Source: an uncultured Candidatus Saccharibacteria bacterium (GTDB lineage Bacteria > Patescibacteriota > Minisyncoccia > Phycocordibacterales > UBA9973). Taken from it: a stretch of 64,000 nt of DNA. Under the pieces are notes generated by a model. That model worked only from the letters and a program-made list of their open reading frames with translations, was not told the origin of the DNA and ran no database searches. The stretch lies in assembly GCA_964626965.1 (NCBI GenBank), contig CAZVHB010000001.1, forward strand, positions 1,818-65,817. Direction: 5' to 3'. Positions 14,796-26,581 of the stretch are shown here, piece after piece. The position numbers and the translations under genes are program-made. The number at the start of each line of letters is the position of its first letter. Position 1 is the first letter of the stretch.

Positions 14796-15623
14796 ATGTT
14801 TGAATTATATGGAATCTTCGTTTTTATTTTAGGAATGATTATCGGTTCATTTTTAAATGTTGTCATTTATCGGTTCAATACAGGACGGGGACTTGGCGGA
14901 CGATCATTTTGTTTTACCTGTAGACGGACACTGTCTTGGCACGAACTTGTACCGATCGTCAGCTTTGTTAATCAGAAAGGGCGCTGTAAAGGTTGTGCTT
15001 CAAAAATCTCTTGGCAGTATCCACTCGTTGAAGCTATCACCGGCCTGGTATTTGTTTCGCTCTTTATAAAATTTTTTCCAACACTTGATCTGACGCTTTC
15101 CGGTATTTGGCCAAGTTTGTTTTACCTTATTTTCTACACGTATATATTTTGCCTCCTTATTGTCATTTCAGTGTATGACTATCATCATCAGATTATTCCC
15201 AATAAACTTGTTTGGCTATTTAACATCCTCGCATTTTTAAGCCTCTTTTTGTTTGTGGGTGTTTCAGGTAGTGCTGTATACAGTATTCATCTTCCAACAC
15301 TTATGTCTATTGTGGCGGGGCCACTTATTGCGTTACCGTTTTTCTTTCTGTGGATGATTACCAAAGGGCGGGGTATGGGATTTGGTGACGTAAAGCTCGC
15401 ACTCGGTATTGGCTGGCTTCTTGGACTTTTTGCAGGACTTGCGACAGTTATTGTCTCTTTTTGGATTGGAGGATTTTGTGCGCTGATTGTACTCTTTCTT
15501 AAGAAAAATAAATATACACTCAAGAGTCATATTGCATTCGGTCCATTTCTTTGTATCGCTACGTTCCTTGTTTTTTTATTTAATGTTACAATTATTGATA
15601 TATTGCTACGGTTTCACTTTTAA
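14796..15623 (+). CDS. pilD: Prepilin peptidase (A24 family)
   Basis: GSFLNVVIYR, a CxxC...CxxC zinc knuckle and the catalytic GFGDVKL. TATACT-N6-ATG at 14796 (the ORF track starts at a GTG at 14790). Confidence 0.9.
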   Translation: MFELYGIFVFILGMIIGSFLNVVIYRFNTGRGLGGRSFCFTCRRTLSWHELVPIVSFVNQKGRCKGCASKISWQYPLVEAITGLVFVSLFIKFFPTLDLTLSGIWPSLFYLIFYTYIFCLLIVISVYDYHHQIIPNKLVWLFNILAFLSLFLFVGVSGSAVYSIHLPTLMSIVAGPLIALPFFFLWMITKGRGMGFGDVKLALGIGWLLGLFAGLATVIVSFWIGGFCALIVLFLKKNKYTLKSHIAFGPFLCIATFLVFLFNVTIIDILLRFHF

Positions 15624-15631
15624 TACACTCA

Positions 15632-16372
15632 ATGGAAAATAGATTATCACAATTACAAAATAGATTAGCTTGTAAACAGAGCGTTAAAAAAAGCGGAGCT
15701 TTTTTTAACGCTGGTTTTACAGTTATCGAAATGGTGACAGTGATTGCTATTTTTACAATACTTCTCGGAATCACTATGGCCAACTTTGACCTTTTTAAAA
15801 AGACGACTGATTTTAATCTCTCCGCTCAAGAGGTAGCATTTTTTATCAAGAGTCAACAACAAAATGCTATGGCTGGAAGATTTCCAGAAATTGATCCGTA
15901 TGTAAAAAATTATCCACCCACATCATGGCGCCCTTCATATGGACTCTATTTTAGCGTAGCCAACTCAGATAGAGTGTTACAGTTTTATGATAGTGATAAT
16001 GACTTCCTCATGACTGCGCCGTCAGGAAACACTTCGTGCGCAAATGACCCAGAGTATGAATGTATGAAAGAGATTATTTTTGACAAGATGACACTTGTGA
16101 GTATCTGTGATATGGATCCAAGTGGGTGTATTTCACGTAGTTCAGTTTCTGTTGTGTTTAAGCGTCCATTTCCTGATGCTCGTATTAATGCAGACTATAC
16201 TCCTTTTGATGTGTATGATTGTGTTGTAAATATGATATGTAATGCTACTAGTGTACCTACCCCAGTAGCAAACACTATAGAATTACGTTTTGAAACACCT
16301 GGTGTTACTGGTGCCAATATTGTCTCTATAAATCCACTTGGTGTTTTGACTGTTAGAAGAAGTAGTATATAA
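15632..16372 (+). CDS. Minor pilin / pseudopilin (FimT/GspH-like)
   Basis: Prepilin signal ...NAG/FTVIEMVTVIAIFTILLGI. Confidence 0.7.
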   Translation: MENRLSQLQNRLACKQSVKKSGAFFNAGFTVIEMVTVIAIFTILLGITMANFDLFKKTTDFNLSAQEVAFFIKSQQQNAMAGRFPEIDPYVKNYPPTSWRPSYGLYFSVANSDRVLQFYDSDNDFLMTAPSGNTSCANDPEYECMKEIIFDKMTLVSICDMDPSGCISRSSVSVVFKRPFPDARINADYTPFDVYDCVVNMICNATSVPTPVANTIELRFETPGVTGANIVSINPLGVLTVRRSSI

Positions 16373-16375
16373 CAC

Positions 16376-17065
16376 ATGATACACAAAATAGAGAATACAA
16401 AAAAATATAATCAAAATTTCATGGCCGGGTTCACACTCATTGAGCTTCTGGTTGCAACGTCGATATTTTTGATGACGATCACCGTTGGTATTACATCACT
16501 TCTTATGATGCATCGGACACATCACATTACTCAGTATAAAAAAGAGCAGTTGGATGCACTTCACGCGGTAATGGAAGACATGGTGCGAAATATTCGTGTG
16601 GGAACAAAAATCAGATGTGATATCACTGGTGCGTATAGTGGTACTGTGCTTGATCCTTTCACTGGTGCAACTGAAATAAGAACCCCTCTGTCGTGTTTTA
16701 ATAATTACACCACAGATCAACCTCAGAGTAATTCAATTGCTTTTGAAGGGATTGATGGGGATCCCTTAGATGATTTGGATCAAATTTCATATTATATTGA
16801 GTATGATGCTATTCTTGATAAGCGTGTCATATATAAGGCACACGATGTCGATTTTTATAATGATTTCACTAAATCAATCCGTGTCTCTCCTGATTCTGTA
16901 GATATCGATTTTGATAAATCTGGCTTCACTGTCATTCATGCTGAAGATTCTGACTTAAAACAACCACTCGTGTTGATTCGTTTGGTTGGTACGGTGACGT
17001 ACCAAAACGATAGTACTCCATTTTCTCTTCAAACAGCCGTGATGCAAAGAAATCCAAAACTATAA
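16376..17065 (+). CDS. Minor pilin (PilW/GspJ-like)
   Basis: ...FMAG/FTLIELLVATSIFLM. Confidence 0.7.
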   Translation: MIHKIENTKKYNQNFMAGFTLIELLVATSIFLMTITVGITSLLMMHRTHHITQYKKEQLDALHAVMEDMVRNIRVGTKIRCDITGAYSGTVLDPFTGATEIRTPLSCFNNYTTDQPQSNSIAFEGIDGDPLDDLDQISYYIEYDAILDKRVIYKAHDVDFYNDFTKSIRVSPDSVDIDFDKSGFTVIHAEDSDLKQPLVLIRLVGTVTYQNDSTPFSLQTAVMQRNPKL

Positions 17066-17068
17066 TAT

Positions 17069-17680
17069 ATGCAATATACACATATTACAAAAAAATACTT
17101 GCCCAGCACTAAATTAATGTTCTCTAAATATAGAAAATTTAGTACTGGATTCACCCTAGTGGAAACTCTCGTAGGTATTTTTATCTTTCTTTTAGCGTAT
17201 ATGGCACTTGCAAGTGTTAATGGTAGTTCTCTTCAAGATATTAGTATCACAAGCAGAAAACTTACTGCGGAGTATCTTGCGGAAGAGGGGATTGAATACG
17301 TAAAGTATTTTCAGAAATCATACGATAATGATCCGACACCAAAGGCATCATTTCTTGGTGTGACTGATCCAATGCCTTGTACGAGCTCACCTTCTGCTGT
17401 TGGGTGTGATTTTTATCTTAATCCTGGATCTCAAGATGTTACTGTGGATACTTACACAGGGCCTTTGAACCAATACCCGTATGGTTTTCTTGTACCAAGT
17501 TCTGTGGGTAGTGGTTATTCGGGTTTGACTACTGTCTCTGGTTATGAAAGGCATATTTATATAGATGATATTACTCAAAATGCGCTAGAGAGTCAGACAG
17601 TAAAAGTCACCTCCGAAGTAACCTATCTTCCAAGCCAGCCACCTGTGGTGGTTACCGCAATAATTCATTTCAATTTTTAA
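17069..17680 (+). CDS. Minor pilin (PilV/GspI-like)
   Basis: ...FSTG/FTLVETLVGIFIFLLAY. Confidence 0.7.
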   Translation: MQYTHITKKYLPSTKLMFSKYRKFSTGFTLVETLVGIFIFLLAYMALASVNGSSLQDISITSRKLTAEYLAEEGIEYVKYFQKSYDNDPTPKASFLGVTDPMPCTSSPSAVGCDFYLNPGSQDVTVDTYTGPLNQYPYGFLVPSSVGSGYSGLTTVSGYERHIYIDDITQNALESQTVKVTSEVTYLPSQPPVVVTAIIHFNF

Positions 17681-17681
17681 T

Positions 17682-18380
17682 ATGACACACCTTTCCTATA
17701 CAAAAAAACAAGACGGATTTATCATACTTTTCTCTGTACTCATCACAGCGATTATTCTCTCTATCACTCTCGGTGTTGCTAATGTTGCATTTCGGCAGAG
17801 AATCTTTACTCAACAAGTGACTCAGTCTACGAAAGCATTCTATGCAGCAGAAACAGCACTTGAGTGCCTCGTGGCGCTCGACGCACGGGGGGATTTTGGT
17901 CAAGATCCGTACCCGACAAGTATGCCGACAGATGTGAATGTGTATTGTAATGGTATTACAGCACCAGCAACACCAAATGTTTCAAACTCTCCTATTGTTG
18001 GGACTGGACCTTACTGTGCAGATGAAGATCCTATGACATCCCCGACATATTGTCCTGGAGGAGGTCTTGGAGTAGGAAGTACTGTGTATGAATTTGATCC
18101 GGTCAACTTCTCTCCAAGTACTTTTATAGAGGTGTCTGATACGTCAGGTGCACTTACTGGTTGTGCTCGTGCCAGAGTAACTAAATATTATGATACCGGA
18201 TTGAGTAATTTAACTGAAAGATATAAACACGTAATTCAAGTATGGGGGTATCAAGTAGACTGTGCCACTCTTGAGGCTCAGTTGACTTTTGCCCTCTCGA
18301 ATCCTTCTAGCCCTCTTGGATTTGGCCCGACAAACAACATTGTAGAGCGAAGTCTTACATACACCTACGAATCAGAATAG
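17682..18380 (+). CDS. PilX-like minor pilin
   Basis: QDG/FIILFSVLITAIIL... and FYAAETALE resemble the PilX N-terminal domain. Confidence 0.55.
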   Translation: MTHLSYTKKQDGFIILFSVLITAIILSITLGVANVAFRQRIFTQQVTQSTKAFYAAETALECLVALDARGDFGQDPYPTSMPTDVNVYCNGITAPATPNVSNSPIVGTGPYCADEDPMTSPTYCPGGGLGVGSTVYEFDPVNFSPSTFIEVSDTSGALTGCARARVTKYYDTGLSNLTERYKHVIQVWGYQVDCATLEAQLTFALSNPSSPLGFGPTNNIVERSLTYTYESE

Positions 18381-20408
<2,028 letters not shown>

Positions 20409-20409
20409 T

Positions 20410-20450
20410 TAATAGGGGCGGAAAACCGTAGGTTTTCCGCCCCTATTTTG
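20410..20450 (+). terminator. Rho-independent terminator
   Basis: aataggggcggaaaacc-gta-ggttttccgcccctatt followed by ttg. Confidence 0.8.
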
Positions 20451-20459
20451 AAAAGCATA

Positions 20460-20475
20460 GGTGTGGGGGTATACT
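20460..20475 (+). promoter_or_regulatory. GGTGTGGGGGTATACT motif, 6 nt upstream of the ATG at 20482
   Basis: Identical 16-mer to the one at recG. Confidence 0.5.
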
Positions 20476-20481
20476 TCACAC

Positions 20482-23481
20482 ATGAACACAAAAGAGTACC
20501 AAGAAGGTCTTGAAAAGCTTAATAGGGAGCAAAGATTAGCGGTTGAGTCTACTGAAGGACCGGTGATGGTTATTGCTGGTCCAGGAACAGGGAAGACACA
20601 AGTCCTCACGCTTCGAATCGCGCATATTTTAAGTGAAGGTCTCTCAGAAGCGTCTGGAATACTCTGTTTGACATTTACTCGCTCTGGTGTGTCTGCAATG
20701 CAAGCACGACTTGAAAAGTATATTGGTGTGACTTCTCGAGATGTACGAATCACCACGTTCCATAGTTTTGCAATTGATTTAGTTGAAAAACATTATGAGC
20801 TATTGGACTTTGAGAGCACACCGAAACTTCTTGAAGAAACAGAAGCAATTTTTTTACTTGATGAATTACTCGAGTCACATGCATGGGAGTATCTCACACC
20901 AAGGACTGATAAAACAAAATATTTTCGTGATTTGACGAATCTTATTTCATTTTTAAAACGAGAACGTATTACACCAACTGATCTCAAAGTTGAGATTGAA
21001 GGAGAAATCAAGACACTGATGGCTGACCCAGAAAATATTTCTTCTCGGGGTGCAACAAAAGGGCAACTTAAAAAAGAAACAGAAAAAAGAATCGATAGCT
21101 TGAATAGAACCAGTGAAATTGTAACTTTTTATACTGAGTATGAAAAACTCAAGAAAGAAAATAATTTTATGGACTACAATGATGTACTTGAGTATGCCGT
21201 AACACTCGTATCTGAATATGAAGATGTGAGATCTCTTGTTCAAGAAAGTTATTTATATGTGCTTGTTGATGAACATCAAGATTCAAACAATGTCCAGAAT
21301 AGTTTTTTGAAAGCTGTGTGGGCGGACAAAGATAATCCAGTTGAGAAGCCAAATATTTTTGTAGTGGGGGACGATCGCCAGCTTATTTATGGATTTTCTG
21401 GTGCGAATATAGATTATTTTACGGATTTTAAAACAAGTTTTGGAGGGTCGACTCGTATTGTGTTAGTTGAAAACTATCGTTCAACAAAACCTATTTTGGC
21501 TTTAGCTGACGCTATCTTACAAAGTACGCTCGCAACAGAAGCACTTTCGAGTAATAAAGAAGGGGGTGATAAAGTGTGTTTGTCTGAGTTTGAATATAAT
21601 CGTGACGAGCTCATTGGCGCAGGGTTGTATTTTAAAAAATTAATCGATTCTGGGGTACACCCAAAAAAATGTGCATTACTCTTGCCAAAAAATAGACATG
21701 TGAAAAATGCAACAACACTCTTTCGGGGTATGGGGCTTCCTGTTGTGTCTGAGATGAATGTATCTTTGCTTGATCTCCCTAAAGCCGAGAGTCTTATGGG
21801 GGTGTTGCAGTTTATTGCAGACCCAACAAATCCTTTGCTTTTAAGTGAATTGATACTTGATGAGACAAGTGCCATTCCACCATTGTTTGCTCATACGTTT
21901 TTGAAAGGATTTAAAAAAATAGACGAGCTTTCTGTGGACGCAATGATTCGACTTGGTCATGCTGATGGATTATTTGGTAATGAAAATCCGATTGCAGTGT
22001 TTGGAATGAAGCTCAACACTTGGATTGATACACTGACGTACGAACCCTTAACACACATCGTAAGTACTATTGGTAATGAATTACTTATTGAGCAGGCGTC
22101 CGATCATGATGACTTACTTGAATCAATTGAAATTGTTCGTACCTATATTCACAGCGCAACACTCTGGGAAGAGAAAAATAAGAATGCGACACTTCCAGGT
22201 TTTATTGAATATTTTAAACGGCTTAAACTATACGGAAATCAGGTTGCTGTTGCGCGCCTTGATAGTACAGAGGGGATTGCAATTAATACATTTCATAAAT
22301 CAAAAGGATTGGAATATGAATATGTGTGGATTGGTCATGTGAACGAAGAGATTTTGATGAGTGAAAAAAATACACCATTTACGCTTCCAGAAAAAATAAA
22401 AGAGAAAGTAAATGAGCGAAATGAGCTTACAACAAAACGAGAACTCTACGTTGCGGTGACACGCGCTGAGCGTTTTTGTACGATAAGTTATGGACTCCAT
22501 AAAGATGATGGAGTGGAGTTGAGTCTCGCGCATAGTATGAGTGACTTGGATCAAAATCATTTTATTCACACGACGAGTGTGCAGAACGAAGAATATCTCC
22601 TCTCTGAAAACCCAAAACTCTACGCATTAAAACCAGCAGTATTAGAAAATACTGAACTTACTCCACAAATACAAGCATTCGTAAAAGACCGTTTTGCTGA
22701 GACGAAAATATCTGTTTCTATGCTCAATAATTTTTTTGAATGTCCTTGGAAATGGTATTTTAGAAATTTCCTTCGTCTTCCAGAAACAAAAAGTGTTTCA
22801 CTCGCTCTTGGGTCTGTTGTGCACGGTGTGATTGAATATATTTTAAAAGCTGAAACACTACCGAGTCAGACACAGATACAAAAACAAATTACCTATCAAT
22901 TAGAAAAAGAAAAAATCACTAATATCAAAGATGCTACCCGTCTCGCAAAAGATGCAGAGTCCGCTATTATTCACTGGGTTGATACGTACTATACATCTCT
23001 TGCAAAAGACCACGTGTCTGAAAGAAATATTGCGTATAAAGATAAGCAATTTCCAAACCTGATGATGTATGGAAAAATTGATTTGACTGAAAGATATCCA
23101 GATGGAAGTATCGTGGTGACCGATTTTAAAACAGGTACCAGTAAGACGAGTGGTGTGATAGAAAAAATAACCGAAGAGGGAAGACTCTCGTCACTTTTGC
23201 GTCAATTGGCGATGTACTCATATTTAATCTTGGGTGCTGAAGGCGTAGAAGTGAGTGAATCTCGGCTACTCTTTCTTGAAGAAGATAAAGAAAATAAAAA
23301 TGCATTGTATAAAACACACGTAGAGAGAGACATGATAGATCTGCTTGTTAAAGATATCAAAGATTATCAAGATTTATTGACCAGTGGTGAATGGGTAACA
23401 CGACCTTGTACCGCAAAGTCCTATGGTTCGGGTTCTGAATGTGAATCGTGTGCACGGATTAATAAAATACTGAGTAAATAA
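20482..23481 (+). CDS. UvrD/PcrA-type superfamily-1 helicase fused to a C-terminal PD-(D/E)xK (RecB/Cas4-like) nuclease with a 4-Cys cluster (AddA/AdnB-like)
   Basis: AGPGTGKTQVL (Walker A), DEHQDSN, VVGDDRQLIYGFSGA. The C-terminus has CPWKWY...DGSIVVTDFKTG...RPC...SECESC. Confidence 0.8.
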   Translation: MNTKEYQEGLEKLNREQRLAVESTEGPVMVIAGPGTGKTQVLTLRIAHILSEGLSEASGILCLTFTRSGVSAMQARLEKYIGVTSRDVRITTFHSFAIDLVEKHYELLDFESTPKLLEETEAIFLLDELLESHAWEYLTPRTDKTKYFRDLTNLISFLKRERITPTDLKVEIEGEIKTLMADPENISSRGATKGQLKKETEKRIDSLNRTSEIVTFYTEYEKLKKENNFMDYNDVLEYAVTLVSEYEDVRSLVQESYLYVLVDEHQDSNNVQNSFLKAVWADKDNPVEKPNIFVVGDDRQLIYGFSGANIDYFTDFKTSFGGSTRIVLVENYRSTKPILALADAILQSTLATEALSSNKEGGDKVCLSEFEYNRDELIGAGLYFKKLIDSGVHPKKCALLLPKNRHVKNATTLFRGMGLPVVSEMNVSLLDLPKAESLMGVLQFIADPTNPLLLSELILDETSAIPPLFAHTFLKGFKKIDELSVDAMIRLGHADGLFGNENPIAVFGMKLNTWIDTLTYEPLTHIVSTIGNELLIEQASDHDDLLESIEIVRTYIHSATLWEEKNKNATLPGFIEYFKRLKLYGNQVAVARLDSTEGIAINTFHKSKGLEYEYVWIGHVNEEILMSEKNTPFTLPEKIKEKVNERNELTTKRELYVAVTRAERFCTISYGLHKDDGVELSLAHSMSDLDQNHFIHTTSVQNEEYLLSENPKLYALKPAVLENTELTPQIQAFVKDRFAETKISVSMLNNFFECPWKWYFRNFLRLPETKSVSLALGSVVHGVIEYILKAETLPSQTQIQKQITYQLEKEKITNIKDATRLAKDAESAIIHWVDTYYTSLAKDHVSERNIAYKDKQFPNLMMYGKIDLTERYPDGSIVVTDFKTGTSKTSGVIEKITEEGRLSSLLRQLAMYSYLILGAEGVEVSESRLLFLEEDKENKNALYKTHVERDMIDLLVKDIKDYQDLLTSGEWVTRPCTAKSYGSGSECESCARINKILSK

Positions 23482-23514
23482 AAAGCTGGGCGCCCAACGG
23501 GCGCCCAGCTTTTA
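23480..23514. terminator. Bidirectional GC-clamp terminator between convergent genes
   Basis: aaaagctgggcgcccaacgggcgcccagctttt. Confidence 0.8.
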
Positions 23515-23522
23515 AGTATATA

Positions 23523-24476
23523 TTAGTGTCCGTGTCCATGTGCATCATGCCCATGAGCGTTTCCTCGTCTGAGGAAAAATCTAAATAAGTAGATGATTGC
23601 ACCAACAAGAACTGCAAGGAAAATCCATCCGAGGAGTGTTCCTCCGAAGAAGTTACTTCCTGAACCGATTGCACTTGCTCCGAGAGCACTGTTTGCACAG
23701 GTACCGTTTCCAAATGCATATGCGACAACCATGTTTTGATTTTGATCAGGGAGTGTATAGACCATTTCACTACGAGCAACTCCTTCTATGATTCCAGTTT
23801 TTTTAACTGGGAAGAGAATTTGTCCTCCTTGTTCAGGTGCGAGTGTGCCTACAAAGAAGGTGACAGTGTTGTCTCTTTCTGAGTATGATCCACCATTCGT
23901 ATTTGTTGGGGTGATTCCTGTTGGGAGACTGATTCGAATTGCAACATTAGTTACAACAGCTCCTGTGATATTTTTGTACAAAATAAGATATTCTTCTTTT
24001 GTTGTTCCACAGAGTCCGTTATTAGTACCCATAGCAAGTCCCTTACTATTTACGAGTGCCTGAAGGTTTTGATCGGCTTGTGCACTATCAGACCCATTTG
24101 AAAAGATTTTTTTACCTCCAAAGATACCGTCAAAAATAGTTCCATCGTTATTTGAACTGGTGTTCGTTGTTGTGTTGGTGTTTCCTGCACTGTTTCCATA
24201 CTGTGTGCCTGCATACGTATCATTACCCATAATAATAGGGGCTTGAGGAATATACTGAGCTGGTTGCTGGTAGTTTGAAGTAACCACACCTTGATTGGTG
24301 TTTTGGTATGCAGATACAGCATTGTTTTGTCCTGTGTATGTATTTCCGTAGGTTTGTGGTAATTGATTTGCATATTGAGCACAACCTGGGTCGTACATAG
24401 TACATGCCGATGCTTTACTTGCAAGTACAGAGAAAACAAAGAAAGCTATTAAAATAATGATTTTTTTGATATTCAT
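23523..24476 (-). CDS. Surface protein with a DUF11-like domain and a C-terminal sorting-signal-like tail plus a His-rich end
   Basis: Signal peptide. GTLAPEQGGQILFPV (DUF11-like). The C-terminus GSGSNFFGGTLLGWIFLAVLVGAIIYLFRFFLRRGNAHGHDAHGHGH parallels the C-terminus of the 6086 protein. Confidence 0.7.
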   Translation of the reverse strand: MNIKKIIILIAFFVFSVLASKASACTMYDPGCAQYANQLPQTYGNTYTGQNNAVSAYQNTNQGVVTSNYQQPAQYIPQAPIIMGNDTYAGTQYGNSAGNTNTTTNTSSNNDGTIFDGIFGGKKIFSNGSDSAQADQNLQALVNSKGLAMGTNNGLCGTTKEEYLILYKNITGAVVTNVAIRISLPTGITPTNTNGGSYSERDNTVTFFVGTLAPEQGGQILFPVKKTGIIEGVARSEMVYTLPDQNQNMVVAYAFGNGTCANSALGASAIGSGSNFFGGTLLGWIFLAVLVGAIIYLFRFFLRRGNAHGHDAHGHGH

Positions 24477-24566
24477 ATAGATACATTATAGCAAATATAC
24501 ATAATTTGTCAAGTTTTTTGTATTAAAACTCTTTACCCTATAAAAGCTTTAAAATAAAGGATATAT

Positions 24567-24595
24567 TTGACATTTTTTTATATATAATATATAGT
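24567..24595 (+). promoter_or_regulatory. Sigma70 promoter TTGACA-17-TATAGT
   Basis: Consensus hexamers 17 nt upstream of the ATG at 24613. Confidence 0.55.
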
Positions 24596-24612
24596 AAAAA
24601 AAATTTAACAAT

Positions 24613-25233
24613 ATGAATATAGACTCCACAGAATCAGTTAATTTTGATAATGGGTTACTCAAACAACCTTTTTCTAAATTTACTATTCGCTTAATTGGTC
24701 ATTGCGATAAGTTATTTATTGGTTTACTTTTACGAGTTGAACATATTTATAAAAAACTCATCGACCGTGAAATACATCAGTGTCATCGGCCTGCACCAGT
24801 GATTGACCCTAAGTTTCATAATATGCTTAGTGGTGTACTCATTAGTGCAACTCCATCATTTGAATTAAATTCTTATTTTGGTTTTACACCTAAAATGTTT
24901 TTTAAAAAAAGCCAAATGAATGCTGAGGAAATCTTAACTCACCTTCGTGCTAATAATTTTGGATTTAAGTTTTTTACACCAGAAGAAGTACATCAGGTGG
25001 TAGCAAAAATTACTCAAAAAGATTTTTTCTGTAAAAGAAATCAGCCGGTAATTATCTTCTATAGATATCCTGAAAGTTTAAGGATTTTCTGTATCTGGAT
25101 GTTTCGTGATAAACGGAATCGGTTGCATGTTTATGACCTGGACTATTATGTCAGTGGTTTTAAGTTACCAACTTTCTCTATTGTCTTTACTAAAGACAAT
25201 GTTCTGGAACAAGAAGAAACCATCCCCGATTGA
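24613..25233 (+). CDS. Hypothetical protein
   Basis: Long ORF downstream of a promoter. No recognisable domain. Confidence 0.5.
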   Translation: MNIDSTESVNFDNGLLKQPFSKFTIRLIGHCDKLFIGLLLRVEHIYKKLIDREIHQCHRPAPVIDPKFHNMLSGVLISATPSFELNSYFGFTPKMFFKKSQMNAEEILTHLRANNFGFKFFTPEEVHQVVAKITQKDFFCKRNQPVIIFYRYPESLRIFCIWMFRDKRNRLHVYDLDYYVSGFKLPTFSIVFTKDNVLEQEETIPD

Positions 25234-25307
25234 GCCCATCGACTTCGATTCATAAGCCCTTGCGAAAGTGAGGGTTTTTTTATTACCCAAAATAGAGTAT
25301 AGTGTGT

Positions 25308-25632
25308 GGGTTGCACAGATACACGCGCTCTGCCTTAAAACAGAGTGAGGAAAGTCCGAACACACCTACAGCAATGTAGAGAATGGTAGTGGGTAATACC
25401 CATCCGTAGTAATACGCGTGGTGCGAGCAGTGACGCCAATGTCGAAAGGCTAGGCATCCTTCGGGATGATGCCTCTCGAGAGAGAGGAGTGAAACGGCTA
25501 AATCCGTACTTGTGTGCAAGATCGCGTCTGAGATAGAAATATCGAGGAAGAATCGCTTGAGGTAGATAGTAATGTCTATCCTAGATAAATGTGTATACTA
25601 GACAGAATTCGGCTTATCGTGTGACGTTATAA
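25308..25632 (+). ncRNA. rnpB: RNase P RNA (bacterial type, reduced)
   Basis: P4 5' strand GAGGAAAGUCCGAAC and P4 3' strand ACAGAAUUCGGCUUA with the expected single-nucleotide bulge. TATAGT lies upstream and a terminator follows. The ends are approximate. Confidence 0.65.
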
Positions 25633-25665
25633 AAAACACCATTGAAAGATGGTGTTTTTTATTTT
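25631..25665 (+). terminator. Rho-independent terminator
   Basis: aacaccattgaaagatggtgtt followed by ttttatttt. Confidence 0.8.
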
Positions 25666-25753
25666 CTGGTAGTGAATTTTGCAGAAGCGATTTTTTGTCG
25701 CGTTATATAAACATCGTCAAAATCTACTATCGGGTTTGTGATATAATTCTTAT

Positions 25754-26242
25754 ATGGAACGTATCGTAAAAATATATAAACACATATTTCATTTTTTTGA
25801 TAGATTAGAAGACCATGTTCGTGGATTACTTTCAAAATATCCTATCTGGTATGCAATTCTTGCAGGTATCTGTATTGTCCTTTTTTGGAGAGGTGTATGG
25901 CACACAGGGGATAGTATTCAAGCCAGAGGAGGGTTTTGGGGATTTATTTTCTCTGGGCCAATATCACTTGCGCTGAGTACTATTCTTCTTTTGGTTATCG
26001 GAGTCTTTGTGTCTGCTTTTGTTGGTGACATGCTTGTTCTCTCTGGAATAAAAAAAGAAAAAAAGATGGTTGATAAGACAGAAGAAGAAGTGAGACAAGA
26101 GGGAGGTGAACTCGAGCAAGTAGAACAGGTGATAGATGATTTGTATGAAGAAGTTGATGAGGTGAGTGATAAGCAAGAGGTATTAGAGAAAAAGATTGAT
26201 GAACAAACGGAACTTTTGAAACAGGTTCTCAAAAGAGATTAA
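25754..26242 (+). CDS. Hypothetical membrane protein with an acidic coiled-coil C-terminus
   Basis: Two TM helices, then an E/K-rich heptad region. Confidence 0.5.
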   Translation: MERIVKIYKHIFHFFDRLEDHVRGLLSKYPIWYAILAGICIVLFWRGVWHTGDSIQARGGFWGFIFSGPISLALSTILLLVIGVFVSAFVGDMLVLSGIKKEKKMVDKTEEEVRQEGGELEQVEQVIDDLYEEVDEVSDKQEVLEKKIDEQTELLKQVLKRD

Positions 26243-26447
26243 AGTCTTGTTATGTGTCGTCTTTTCTGACACTACTAGCCTCTCACTCTAAGCCCTCAAA
26301 GAAAAAGAATTGTTAAAAAGAGAACTGTTTGAACGAAGTGAGTTTTCGCTTTTTTTAATTCTTTTTCTTCGAGGTGAGTAAAAGAGGGTAGTGTGTCTTG
26401 ATTTTTTTGTTTCTTTTTTACATCTAAGGTAAAAAAGAATGAAAAGG

Positions 26448-26476
26448 TTGACAAATAGACCCTAACCTGCTATACT
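26448..26476 (+). promoter_or_regulatory. Perfect sigma70 promoter TTGACA-17-TATACT with no downstream CDS
   Basis: Consensus -35 and -10 with an exact 17-bp spacer. The next feature downstream is a terminator about 50 nt away. Confidence 0.6.
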
Positions 26477-26482
26477 CTTTTT

Positions 26483-26555
26483 GTGAGATAATACTCCTTA
26501 AAGTAATATTGCACAAATGCCTCACAAAACACCCGCAAGGGTGTTTTGTGTTTAT
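26483..26555 (+). ncRNA. Candidate small RNA (about 70 nt, or about 135 nt if it reads through to the second terminator at 26620)
   Basis: Bounded by a consensus promoter and the intrinsic terminator cacaaaacacccgcaagggtgttttgtgttt. No ORF of at least 60 aa. Confidence 0.35.
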
Positions 26556-26581
26556 GGGCAACCTAAAAATAGTGTAATAAG

